From the NCBI GenBank assembly GCA_965603825.1, contig CBFDEM010000019.1, forward strand, positions 1 to 64,000: a stretch of DNA of 64,000 nt. Reading direction: 5' to 3'. The notes beneath the pieces are model-generated. The model was given only the letters and a program-made list of their open reading frames with translations. It did no database searches and was not told where the DNA came from. Shown here piece by piece: positions 11,068 to 23,524 of the stretch. Source of the stretch: Blepharisma stoltei ATCC 30299 (lineage: Eukaryota > Protista > Ciliophora). Within the stretch, counting starts at the first letter, position 1. Each line of letters starts with the position of its first letter. The position numbers and the translations under genes were made by a program.

Positions 11068-13362
11068 ATGTGGATTGTTAAACCTGAATGAATTTTCCAT
11101 GGCGACACTCGCAAACTCCCAATTCTAAGCATAGACATAGAGCCTGCTGGGGCGAGATTTATTACTGGGTCTATGGACCACACAATAATCATTTGGAAGC
11201 TAAGTGCAATTAATGACGAACAAGAAGAAGAAGTCCAATTGTCCATTTTAACACAACACTGTGGGCCTGTAAATTGTGTGAGGTGAAGCCCGTCATCACA
11301 ATATTTTGCATCAGGATCTGATGATGGAATTGTTATTATATGAGAACAAGTCGAGGCGGGACTTTCAGATAATTTAGAAGAATGGCGCTGCATTTTAAGT
11401 TTACGTGGCCATTCGTCAGATGTTAAAGAACTCTCATGAAATAACTCAGGAACTTTATTAGCGAGTGGGAGTGTTGATAATACAGTCATTTTGTGAAATA
11501 TTGTATCGAAACAGCTAGCTCCGGCAAGGATTCTGAATGGCCATGAAAGCTATATAAGCGGACTGGCATTTGATCCGATGGATAGATATTTAGCTACTGT
11601 AGGAGAAGATAAGCAATTAATTATATGAAGCACAAATGACTGAAAACAAATCAAAAAAATTTCTCAAAATTTCAATCATGCCTCAAGCCAGCCTTTAAAG
11701 AGGTTTTCTTATACCCCAGATGGGCTAAATTTAATATTGCCAGGCCCCAAAAAATCAGCTTATAAATATACAGCAAGTGTTTTAAAAAGTGACGAATATG
11801 AAATAGAAAAATACCTCGTTGGGCATCTCCAAGCAATTTCTGTAGCAGCAGCCAGCAAAGTGCTATATAAAAGTGATAAAAATCCTGTTTGAATTGTAGC
11901 GCTAGGAGGTTATGATTCTGCTGTGTCATTTTGGAAAAACGGAGATAATGAGCCTGTTGTAATCAAAGATATTTTTGCATGCTCAGTAGCTGATATTTCA
12001 TGGTCAAACGACGGCAATATGATTCTAGCATGCTCAAGTGATGGAACAGTCGCTGCAATAGGGCTTGATGGAGAACTTGGAACTCCTTTATCACAACAAG
12101 AAATGAATCAATATATGTTTTCTCTCTATGGAAGCCGCCCTCCTGTTCCAATTGGTGGCCCACATTCGCATTCCCATCACAAAAGGATCGAGCCGCAACC
12201 TCTAAATGAACAAAAGGAAGAACGAGTCCAAGGCGGCAAACGTCGAATTCAGCCTGTTTTATTATCCACTCCACAATCCACAGGTGGCGGTTTTCCACAA
12301 TCCCCACAGCAGCTTCCTCAAATTTCTTCTCTACAACTGCCTCAAGCTTCTCTCATAAGTAGCCCAAATTTTCCTCAGCCCCAGCTCCGTAATCCTATAA
12401 TCATGACCAGTCCAAACGCTCCGCCAGTTCCCGATTTCAAAGACCTTCAAAACTTTTCTATTCCTTTTTTCGCATCTTTTTCAAAAGTAATTAATAAAGG
12501 TACTTCAAAATCGTATACAGATGGGATTTGTGATATGAAGATGCTTGAAATTTCACAGCTGATTTCGGCTGATGCAGATATGGTTGTGGAATGTATGGAA
12601 GTCAAGACACACCCCCAGTTTAAATCTATTATAAGATTTAGAGAAGGGAATAAAACGTTATGGCAACGATATTTACCACATACTGCGAATGTTTTGACTG
12701 GCAGTGATGTATTTATAGCGGCAATCACCGCTGAAGGATTTTTATATTGTTTTGCTACAGGGTCTGGAAGACAAATAATGCCAGAATTATGCATTGGAGC
12801 AGTTGATTTTTTTGAAAGCAATGGTGCATTTTTAATCGTGATCTTAAAAGATGGAAAAGTCCAATGCTGGAATATAAAAAACCAGAGCATTCATCTAGAA
12901 AGTAATATCAAAAGCATTGCAGGGCCTATTGTAAAAGCTGTATTGAAAGAAAATGGAGAGGTTTTAATAGAAAATCAAGCTGGGGAAGGCTATATTTATG
13001 ATCTAGAACTCCATGCTTGGGCAAGAGTAAAAGATCCTACTTTTATACAGAAACCTGATGAAAGGATGAGTGGATGGAACCCAGGAAGCATTGAAGAAGT
13101 CCTCAATGTGGATTTGCAGACTTTTCATGATTTTTCACTTACAACGATGGAAATGCAGCTACTCAGGTTGAAAAAATTAGGATATACAGAAGAATATGCT
13201 TATAATTTAGTAAGATATGCCCAAATGCTTGCTGATGGGAAAGATATGCTTAGACTCTGGGATATCTGTATGGAACTTAAAAGAGCAAATCAAAATTTAT
13301 TGGCTTCGATCATGCCAATCTTAAATGCGAACCAGCTTCAATTTAAAGGAATTAATTGTTAG
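11068..13362 (+). CDS. HIRA: HIRA/Hir1 histone H3.3 chaperone
   Basis: MWIVKPEWIFH, VNCVRWS, WRCILSLRGHSSDV WD40 repeats (several W encoded by TGA), B-domain GKRRIQP, C-terminal Hira domain. Confidence 0.9.
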
Positions 13363-13653
13363 TTTTACCCAAGGTTTAAATTAATTAAATTAAGAATTTA
13401 TATATATTTAGTTTCCATTCCTTTTCAATCACAAAATTATTATCATCTAATTTTTTATATATTTAAAACTGGCTTTATTCTAATTAAATTTCTCATGTTT
13501 ACAGTAAATTAGCCTATTCCTTATCATCAAAAAATTAATTTTAATCAAAATTCCTCTACAGTTCTAACTTCTGTTAAATTTTCTTTATTTTCATATAGTC
13601 CTCACAATTATTCTTTTCCAGAATTTAATTTTAAACTATTCTGTTTAAATAAA

Positions 13654-15051
13654 ATGACTAAATCTTCACCTTTATTATCTGAGAAAGAATACTTGCTAAA
13701 AGACTCTCCAGAATTCTCAAGCAAAACTAGACTTTTCCTACAGAGCATCAAAGATCTGTCTTCATCACCTAGAGATCTCTGGCTTTTATTAATTGCTTAT
13801 ACTTTTGGATACACAGGATATGCGATGGTAACTATATGTGGCCCAATTTACGCAACTGAGGTAAAGGGGCTGGATGACACCTTAGCTGGGATTATTATGG
13901 CTTCTTTAGGAATTTCAACAGTCATTTATGCATTAATTTTAGGACATATGCCAGATCGATATGGCGTAAAAAAGTCAATCATTACGGCATATATGGTAGG
14001 ATTAATTGGATTTGTGATAATAATTTTTTCAAATGATATAGCTATACAAGTAACTGCAATTGTTCTTTGTATAACAGCAAGCACCGCATTAAGTGTGCCC
14101 TCGGCCAAGCTAGGAATAAAGCGATATACAACAGAATCAGCAAGAAGCATGGCTTATTCTCTATTTTACTTAATAGTTTTCGGAGCTTCTGCTATTGGCG
14201 GAGTTTTGGTGGATTTTATTATAAGTTTAGGAAAAGTGGATGAAAATTCTTTTTGGTATATTTTATTTACTGGAGGAATTTGTATGAGTGTGGCCACAGG
14301 GCTTTGCTTTTTATTAAGAGAAATTGAGTATAACTCTGCAGGGGAAAGAGTTTTAGAAGTAAATCAAGAGCATTTATCGGCTTGGGAGCATACCAGAGGA
14401 ATTTTTGTATTAAAATCTTTTTGGAGATTTACTGGCTTGACTATGCTTATAGTCATAGTGAGAGCTATTTATTTACATTTAGAAATAAATTTATCAATTT
14501 ATATGTACCGAGACATTGAGCAAGGAGCTCATTTTGGGTATATGCTAGCTTTGCATCAGCTTATCATGATAATTTTCGCCCCAATTATGACATTTTTGAT
14601 TTATTATTTCAGCCATTACACCTTATTGATATTAGGAGGATTTCTCTCTGCAGTCTCCCCATTGGTGTTTATTTTTGACTCAAGCTATGTTACAGTATTT
14701 TTATTTGTATTTATTGCATCTGTTGCTGAAAGCATTTTTGCGCCAAGACTGATTGATTATACATTACAGATTGCTCCAAAAGGCAAAGAAGGCGTATTCT
14801 TAGCAGTCGCAGCGTCTCCATTGCCACTTAGCTTAATTATTTCTGGATTGATGGGAGGAATTTTGTTGTCAGAATATTGTCCAAGTGAAGGAGAAAGGCA
14901 TTGCTGGAAAATGTGGGCAATTATATCAGGCCTAACACTTTTTGCTGTATTTTTGATGATTACTTTGAGGAGTATGCTGGAGCAGCCGAAAATTGAAGAG
15001 CAGCCTTATATACATTGCTCAAGGGAAGCTAAAAAATTAGAAGAATTATAG
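13654..15051 (+). CDS. MFS transporter (POT/peptide-transporter-like)
   Basis: ~12 hydrophobic segments, GHMPDRYG, AYSLFY, IAPKGKEG. Confidence 0.8.
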   Translation: MTKSSPLLSEKEYLLKDSPEFSSKTRLFLQSIKDLSSSPRDLWLLLIAYTFGYTGYAMVTICGPIYATEVKGLDDTLAGIIMASLGISTVIYALILGHMPDRYGVKKSIITAYMVGLIGFVIIIFSNDIAIQVTAIVLCITASTALSVPSAKLGIKRYTTESARSMAYSLFYLIVFGASAIGGVLVDFIISLGKVDENSFWYILFTGGICMSVATGLCFLLREIEYNSAGERVLEVNQEHLSAWEHTRGIFVLKSFWRFTGLTMLIVIVRAIYLHLEINLSIYMYRDIEQGAHFGYMLALHQLIMIIFAPIMTFLIYYFSHYTLLILGGFLSAVSPLVFIFDSSYVTVFLFVFIASVAESIFAPRLIDYTLQIAPKGKEGVFLAVAASPLPLSLIISGLMGGILLSEYCPSEGERHCWKMWAIISGLTLFAVFLMITLRSMLEQPKIEEQPYIHCSREAKKLEEL

Positions 15052-15275
15052 ATAGTAGCTAATTCTATAGCATATTATATGAATTTTAATTTTAAATAAA
15101 TTTCAGATCACAACAGTATTTTATCATAAATTCTTTCTGTTATATTTCCCATATATTTGGAGCACTGAGCTCAATCTAATTATTATTCTTTTCATAAACT
15201 TCTATATGCCACATAAATTAGCAATAAAAATATCATATATTTTTGTTTCAAAAATCCTTTTGTTTATAAAATCAT

Positions 15276-16160
15276 ATGTTCGCTGCTAAAAGGGTAGCTC
15301 GATCTCTCAATCGCCGAAGTTTTATCCCAGGCTTTATAATAGTCCCACATCAATACGCTGTCGTTATCGAACGATTTGGCAAATTTTATAAAACTCTTCA
15401 GCCAGGATTTCACTTATTAATCCCATTTGTGGACCGTGATGCTTACTATCACTCATTAAAAGAAGAAGTCTACCAAATCAGTAGCCAAGCTGCAGTTACA
15501 AAAGACAACGTTACTATCCAGCTCGACGGTGTCTTATATCTCAAAATTGTGGACCCTTTTAAAGCGTCTTATGGTGTAGGAGACCCTATTTCTGCAATGA
15601 CCCAGCTTGCCCAAACTACTATGAGAAGTGAATTAGGGAAACTTACTCTTGATAAGACTTTTGAAGAAAGAGAACACCTTAACAATGCAATCGTGGACGC
15701 TATTAATGATGCAGCAGAAGATTGGGGAATTGTGTGTATGAGATATGAAATTAGAGATATCGCTCCTCCTTTAAATATCAGAAAAGCTATGGAGCTACAA
15801 GCTGAAGCTGAAAGACAAAGAAGAGCCGATGTCCTTACTTCTGAAGGGAAAAAACTGTCAAGTATAAACATTTCTGAAGGACAAAGACAAGCTGCAATTT
15901 TGGCTGCTGAAGGAGAAGCGCAGGCAACTATTGTAAAAGCCAAAGCAATCGCTGATGGAGTTTCGGTGCTTGCGAAGAATTCTAAAGAAAGTGGAGGGCA
16001 TAATGCTATAAAGCTGAGACTGGCTGAACAGTATATTGAAGCGTTTTCGTCTCTTGCGAAGTCTGATAATACTATGATTATTCCTGCACAACCTCATGAT
16101 GCTTCAACGATGGTGGACAAAGCTTTGGGAATTTTTGAAGATATAGGACTTAAAAAATAA
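15276..16160 (+). CDS. STOML2: Stomatin-like protein 2 (SPFH/Band 7)
   Basis: VIERFGK, TKDNVTIQLDGVLY, LAQTTMRSELGKL, RLAEQYIEAF. Confidence 0.9.
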   Translation: MFAAKRVARSLNRRSFIPGFIIVPHQYAVVIERFGKFYKTLQPGFHLLIPFVDRDAYYHSLKEEVYQISSQAAVTKDNVTIQLDGVLYLKIVDPFKASYGVGDPISAMTQLAQTTMRSELGKLTLDKTFEEREHLNNAIVDAINDAAEDWGIVCMRYEIRDIAPPLNIRKAMELQAEAERQRRADVLTSEGKKLSSINISEGQRQAAILAAEGEAQATIVKAKAIADGVSVLAKNSKESGGHNAIKLRLAEQYIEAFSSLAKSDNTMIIPAQPHDASTMVDKALGIFEDIGLKK

Positions 16161-16179
16161 TTATTTCATTAATTTAATG

Positions 16180-17529
16180 TTATCTAAGCTCGCTCATTGC
16201 AGGAAGCAAGCTACTGCTACGTTGTCCGAAATCTGGTCTTGGGAAAACTTTCCAGAATCGTAAAGTTTCATCGCCAGCGCCTGTCACAATAGTTTGCGAG
16301 TCAGCTGACATTGTAAGATACAAAACTCTTGACGTGTGACCCGTCAATACTCCGATTTTTTGCATTGTTGGGTAATTTCATACCACTACTTGGTTTTGAG
16401 AATATCCATGCGTGGATACCAGTTCATTCGAATTTTTAGAAAAAATTAAATTGCAGACTTGTGATTGTGTGTCAATGCATGATACATTTTGCGATAATAA
16501 AGTATTCCAAGAACGAATAGTGCGATCTGTAGTACCTCCACCTGATACCAAAAGTCCATGCTGATGAGGTGACCATGCAATTGCTTTTACCGCTGCTGTG
16601 TGTTCTTTGAATTTAGCGACTGGAGTAATGCTTTGAGCGCTCCAAACTACTAGTTTATTGTCATTTCCTCCAGAGGCAAGTTGGTCTCCTTCAAAGGACC
16701 ATTTCAGTCCGCAGACTTCTTGTTTGTGTCCTTGAAGTTTGGCTGTAAATTTACTGGAGCTTCTCAGGTCTCTATGTAAGATGTTTTTATCTCTGGAACC
16801 TGAGCTAAGTAATGAACCATTCCATGCTAGTGCTCCTACCCTTCCTGCATGGCCTGGGAGAGTTCGAACAGCGTTGCTTCTTTCGACGTCATAAAGCATT
16901 ACTTTTCCTGATGTCGTGCCAACTGCGAGATGGGAGCCTGTAGGGGACCATGATAAAGAGGCAACTACATCGTTTTGATATGTAGATAATTTAGATACTG
17001 CTCCTGTTACAGGTGATCATAGATAAATTGAGTTATTCAGCCCAACTGTCAAAGTGTCTGCTGATGACCAATCTACAACATTTAAATAAAAATCATCTAA
17101 CAGCTGAGGTGCATCAAGTACTTTATAAGGGACTTTTGGGACAATTCTCTGTGTTGGGCTAGTTTCTTCATTGTTAACTATATCAGGTACAAATCCTTGG
17201 TTTTCTTTGTTTTCTCGCAATTGGGCTGATTGGGAATTATAACGGAATAAATTTGTGGAGACTGAATTATCGAAATTTGTCTTGTCTGAGCCAAAAAATT
17301 GGTTGTCTAGCAAGGTAGAAAAAGCTCCAGCTTTTTCAGTGATTGTAACTACATTTCCGGAATTCTCTTGGCCTGCCTTTTCAAATGCATTAAGGAGATT
17401 TGAAGAGATACGATTTGGAATGAATCTTCCACCACTGTTTTCTGTGAGTTTTGTGTTCTTTTTGTAGCTAGATGAAGAGTTCTGGCGGAGTGAAGATATA
17501 TCAAACGACTTTTTTGGAGTAAACTGCAT
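16180..17529 (-). CDS. FZR1: APC/C activator Cdh1/Fizzy-related
   Basis: C-box-like RFIPNR, PYKVLDAPQLLDDFYLN, GHKQEVCGLKWS, THGYSQNQ, AGDETLRFW, terminal LR; three ORF pieces joined at TGA=W. Confidence 0.9.
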
Positions 17530-18084
17530 AAATTTTTTAACGATTATAATATGGATATAGGAGTAATATGTGATTTTAAGTATGGAATCAACCCCCTTGA
17601 AATAATTTATTAAGATATTAAGAGGATTGCTGAAATAAAAGCAAAAATTATCGAGAATAGTTAAATTAAATGAGATGATAAACTTATTCTATAACAAAAC
17701 CTGATAAAATGATTATTGAATTTTAACTAAGCATTATCGATAAAGGATATCATAATTCTTTGCTCAATTGCTAATTAAAGTATACTTCGCACTTTAAATA
17801 AGCAGCTATAAGTTTTTATGTTTTTAGCATAATATCAGCTATCAATTATTTCTCTTCCTTAATCATAAATCTAATCTCATCTAATATAAATCATAATTTT
17901 GTATATTATAATATCAAATATAATCCTCAAGAAAAAAGGAGGAAGTTTTTATAAGTCATATTTCTCTAACATTATTTTATTGAAAACTAAGCTAAATCCT
18001 TCATTCAAACTTATGAAAAATTCCCACTTTGCTCAAGCAATATTAATAAAATAGCCATAAAATGTGAAAAATCTTATTTAAAAA

Positions 18085-21000
18085 ATGTTTAGAGAAGCAG
18101 GATCGCTGGAGCCTAGTCTCTCAATTTCTCCTCATTCTTTATGATCTCCAAGTTTGTTAGGACTAGACCATACAGATATTTTTAAATCTTTTGGAACCAC
18201 TAGAGCCCCATCAGTCTCAGTTCTTGGACGCCGAATTAATAGTGAATCAATCATTTCTCCATCATCTGAAAGCACAAGCCGTTTCCCAATTGCAATTCAA
18301 TCACCCAAGGTAAAATGCTTATCGCCTCAGCTGACAAAAAAAGCTAATATTTTACCTAATGATTCCAACAAAAAGGAAAAAGAAATCAAGCATAAAATTA
18401 TATCAAAAACACCAGAACCTCTAAAAGTGACGAAACCAATTTCCAGCAATTTTCCTAAACAGCTATCAAGTAAAATTATAAAGAAAATTTCGAGAAAACC
18501 TTCAGTAACTCCTCAACCTAAGATTAATAGTGATGAAATAAAAACTGAAAAACTTGTCATTGATGAATTTATCCATAAAATATCAATTGATAGGATTATT
18601 AGCAAAAGTTTGAGAAAACAGAAATTGAGTAAAGATTTAGAAGAAAAGAAAAAATATGAAGAGATTGTACAAAAACAGAAAAATAAATGACAGTTAGATG
18701 AACTTAATAAACAAACAAGAATTGAAAATTTAAGGTTCAAGAAAAATGAATTTAAGCCGAAAATACCATGGGGTGCTGATGAAAGAAGGATTAATGGAGA
18801 AATTGATGAACAAATTCGCAAAGGTGTAGAAGAAATAAGGAAAAAACATAGAGAAAATAGAGAAAAAAGCAAGCAGCTTGGGAAAGCAAGTATTGGACTA
18901 GATGATATGAAATGACGGCCTTCAGAAAAGTTGAAAACTCCGAAACCAACTGCTACCACTGATACTAAAAGTTTACAGAAAAAAATTAAACAGTCTGATC
19001 CTGAAATAGTGATCTTTATGAAAACCCAAAAAAAATTAAGAAAACTCCAAAAAGAGCTTGATTATGAAAAACAGCTCGAAGAAGAAAGCAAAAGGATTTT
19101 CCAATTAAATCGTCTGGAATCTCATGTGAAAGCAAACTTAAAAAAATTTAAAAAAAAGAAACAAAAAGAAAAGAAAAAAGAAAAGATAAGAAATAAAATT
19201 TTAAAGAAAAAGCCAAAACAAGAGTCTATTGAAGTAACAAGTTATCCAGAAGATGAAGAAGTTAAAGAAATTATGTATGGGATGCCCCCAGAAAGCGCAG
19301 AGAGCTATAATAGAGAAGGAAGAGAATGCCAAGCTTTTGGAAATTACTCTGATAACCAATCAAACGAAAAACAAGAAAATGCAACTCAACTAGTGAGTGA
19401 CATAGTAGAACGGCGAGTTCATCAAGAGCCAACCCTACCCCTATTCAATGCTACAATGCCAATCTTGGAAGTAAAAGAAACCACCCCTAGCTACACAGAT
19501 GATCCTAGTGAAGAAATAAAAACTAAAGATCTTCAGTCTTCTGATGTTATAAGGAGAAAAAATGAAATCCATAAAAAGTTAAATGATTTAAAAAACCGGG
19601 TGGATCGAGCCAGAGAAAACGCTAAATATTCAGTCAGTGAGGAAGATCTAAAAAATTCTGCTGCAATAAAAATTCAAGCATGGGTAAGAGGTTGGCTTAC
19701 AAGGGAAGCATTAAGGAGATTTTTTAATAATTTGGATGCTTCTGATGATAGCTGATTAAAGCGATTCTATGGAAGTGATGGACAAGTTTCGTTTGAAGAT
19801 GAAGATGAAGAGGTACAAAAAATTCTAAAGAAAATAGGAAAGCCTGATAATCTTGCTAATGGAAGTAGCTGAGAAGAATCTGATCTTATAAGCCCAAGAA
19901 ATTTTCAGCAGCCTTCAAATCTGCAAAAATGGGAAATCTCTTCTCCAGGATCACAATTTGCTAGATTTTCTCCAGTTCCTGTAAAAAATCAATTTGAAGA
20001 CTCAGCAAGGATGGACTCACACTTCTGCAAACTTTCATCAGTTCTTGCAACATCTTCACACGAAATCATAGAAAAAGAAAAAAATGATAAAAAAACTGAC
20101 AAAAATAATCAAAGAAAACTCAAAGAAATTTTAGAGTCTCAAACTCAATGAAAGCTGAGCCAGAAACAAAAATTAAACGAAATGAAAGAAAAAGACTTAA
20201 AAGAGATGAAAAAAATCGCAAAAAAAGCAGGAAACGATACAGAAACAATGAAATTTTTGCAGGAGTTGATAGAGCAAAGATACTCCTCAATAAGCAAGAT
20301 TTTTGATGAGGCGAAGTCAGATTTTTTAGATAGCCTAGAAAATTCCCATGAAGAAAGAAAAATATCGAAAAACATAATTAAAGAAAACCAAAAAAAATCA
20401 CTAATTAAAGCAATTGATTTTGAAGAAAATGATGAATATTTAAATACAGATTCAGAGATAGTAAAAAGTGTCAGAGTTAGCAAGCTAGATATTGAAAAGC
20501 CAGATACTGATATAGAAGAAGCCAAAGAAGAGCAAAAGCAATTATTAAATGATATAGAAGAATTTACACCTTATCCTGATAAAAAGCATACTGATATTTC
20601 TAATAGTTTTATTGAGCAAATAAAAGCGTTACAATTGCCTACTAGCAGTTCTATAAGCAGTCAAGATTTAAAATTCACTAATTCTATCAGTCCAGAAGTA
20701 AAAGCAGAGGATAGAGATTCTCCAGAATTCGTCCCTATGCCAGTAGAAAAGTTTCCAGGCCCTCAAATTTTTGATAAAAATGATATTTCTTTATATTCTG
20801 AGCCAATTGAAGCGGAATTTATTGAAGAATATTCACAATCGTTTAGTTCATTTCAAGAGGATACAGAAATTGAAAATAAAGATGGAAAAATTGAGAAAGA
20901 AATTTCTTTGGATTTAAATTCTAATGAGTCAGCTAATGGTGAAGAAAAAAATGAAAGCTCAAGTTTAATTGAATGCGACAACTCTCCATATGATGCTGCA

Positions 21001-22101
21001 GAGCCTGAAGGCATTAGATATATATTAAGCGATAGTGAATCAAAACAGAATTCTCCTGCTAATAAAAATGCAGCAATTTTTATCCAAGAATGAAATTCCC
21101 CTGAGACTTCAAGTGCAAATATTAAAAATGAGATATCAATAGAAACTCCAAACCCAGAAAATTTAATCGACATGGCTAAATTTGAAGAGAAAATTTCTAA
21201 GCCATTTAACGAAGAACAATGTGAAGAAATGATAATTTCTGATGCATTAGAAAATATTTGCAACCAAATTCTATCTTTATATGTATATGAGGCTATAAAA
21301 CAGCTGATGAGCTCTCCAGATTTTCTTGTAAAAATAACAGATTTTATTCTTTTTGATTTAGTTTTTGAAGAAATAAAAAACCAGCCACATGAAGTAGCGA
21401 ATATAAATATTTCAACAGAAAATTCAAGGGAATCTTTAAATAAAAATGAAAATTACGTTCAGTCATATACAGAGAAATTGCTGATTTTTGTATTAGAAAA
21501 TTTTGAAATTTCTGAAGAAGTCCAAGCAAAACTTCTGACACCGATAGAAAAAAATCCTTTAGACCAGCTCTCAAAAATGCAAGAAAATGAAATCGGGTCC
21601 ATCAAGACTCCTGATGTAATAAATGACCCAGTTCTATCACCAGAAATATACTTTGTCTTAGAAAAAGATAATAAAATTGATAGTCTTGATGTAGCTGAGT
21701 CAATACATAACAAAATGATTTTTGATACAATTAATGAAGAATTACAAAAACATCGAAAAGATGGGGAAAAAGGCCTACCAATGCCATGAAGTAGCAGAAG
21801 CCCAAGTACTTCAAATATAATAAATATATACGAAATTTTCAACCAAACTCGTGACCGCATCATAGAGTACGACCAAATCAAGGCTGGAATAATCCCAACA
21901 GCCGATCTAAGTCCAGACAGTATTTTTTTCAAAAAAATCCGTGACGAAAAACTAGCAAAATTACTCACCTTAGAAGTCGTTGAAAATGAGCAGCAATGGG
22001 TTGACTATGAATTTGAAGAGACTCAGGTAAGGCTAGACCTTGCAGACATGATGCTAGAGCAACTTGTCGCTGAAATTGTGGAAATCCTTTATATGAATTA
22101 A
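18085..22101 (+). CDS. Large IQ/coiled-coil protein with CEP350/DUF4378-like C-terminus
   Basis: Four ORF pieces in one frame via TGA=W; IQ motif IQAWVRGWLTR; C-terminal QWVDYEFEETQVRLDLADMMLEQLV. Confidence 0.75.
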
Positions 22102-22125
22102 TAAATGGCATTATATTTTTAAAAT

Positions 22126-22857
22126 ATGTTTAAAAGAAAGGACATCAAAACTTCAGACGTTCTGGATTGTCCTTATGAAAATTTAAGAAGAGGATTTGCA
22201 GAGTCTGCATGCGCCGTAGGCGCATTTAAAACAAGCTCAGGGACAAATACTGCTCATATTTTATATTTTCAGCCTTTAATTATAGGCACAGTCACTACAG
22301 AAGAAACAGGAAATTTTTACCCAGAATCTCCAGGATTTTATGGGAAATTTACATCTTGTAAATCCATTGCAAAATCCTCAAATAATTACACACTAATGCA
22401 ATGTGATAAAATTGATGGGGATGCATTAAGACTTAAAGCAGCCTATCCCAAAATTTACTCCAAAGATGAGGATAAATATTTTTTAGGATATTCAAATGAA
22501 AACCAACAAAAGATCCTGACAAAAAACCCTGAGGAAATTAGCATGAAAGGAGCTATTTTGACTGATATAGGCACTGATAAAATTTTTGGGGTCGTAGGAG
22601 AAAATGGGGTAATTGATGTTGACGAATTCTATGAAATTTATGATAATTATATATATCCAAGGGCTCAAATTTACAATACAACTATTTCAAAACATTATTT
22701 TACTTATTTTAGGGAATATGAAGTAAAACATGAACTTTCTCATAAAGGAAGGGAGGGGAATAGGCCAAGGTTCATAGACATGTCTCTTAGACGTGAAAAA
22801 TACAAAAAAATGGTCAAAGATTTCATAAAAAAATATATCTACAACTACGATGGCTAA
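22126..22857 (+). CDS. Hypothetical protein
   Basis: 243-aa ATG-TAA ORF fitting between its neighbours; no confident family. Confidence 0.65.
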   Translation: MFKRKDIKTSDVLDCPYENLRRGFAESACAVGAFKTSSGTNTAHILYFQPLIIGTVTTEETGNFYPESPGFYGKFTSCKSIAKSSNNYTLMQCDKIDGDALRLKAAYPKIYSKDEDKYFLGYSNENQQKILTKNPEEISMKGAILTDIGTDKIFGVVGENGVIDVDEFYEIYDNYIYPRAQIYNTTISKHYFTYFREYEVKHELSHKGREGNRPRFIDMSLRREKYKKMVKDFIKKYIYNYDG

Positions 22858-22863
22858 GATAAA

Positions 22864-23457
22864 TTAAAGATTATCGAAAATTTGCTTATAAGTCTTTAGA
22901 GTACTATCTTTGAAAAACTGAGTAATGATTTTTTGCACTTTAATTCTGTCCTCAGCCAAGCATTCAATTTCTATGATTCTTTCTGTTGTTTTCCCAATCT
23001 CAGCCAAAATATGCATATTTTTAATTATTCTTTTTCTTGAAATTATGTGTTGGAATTCTTCACATTTATTCTCTTCATTAGTCGAAAATTTAATTAAAGC
23101 CATTTGATGCCCATTAATAAGTGGCTCGTTTTTATTTCTTTTTCTGGGGAGCTCAAATCTTTCATGGCACTCCAAATCATAATCAGTGTGATTTGTATGG
23201 CTTATAATCTCTTGTGGCTGGTTAATGATTTGGTCCATAGTTTTTGACTGTTTAGATCTGGGGATTTTATGCTCAGAAGGATTTAAGTGCTGGTTTTTTA
23301 ACGTTATTTCTTTCGTTAAAATGTTATAGTGCAATTTAGCTGGGCATCGTTTGTCTGAGCAGCGGAAGTATATGATGTTTTTCCGAGCACTGTGACGGTG
23401 GTAGTTATAATCTTAATGTCAATTACTGTTAGCTTCTTCTGTTTGCTCACTCTGCAT
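22864..23457 (-). CDS. FLYWCH/WRKY-type zinc-finger-like protein; 15-nt intron at 23412-23426
   Basis: After splicing GTAATTGACATTAAG: YNYHRHSARKNIIYFRCSDKRCPAKLHY...QH..SEH. Confidence 0.6.
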
Positions 23458-23524
23458 TATAGAAAATGGAAGCTGTTTATTTAAATATTTTAATTATTTT
23501 AAATTATTTTTGAATTCAAAAAGA

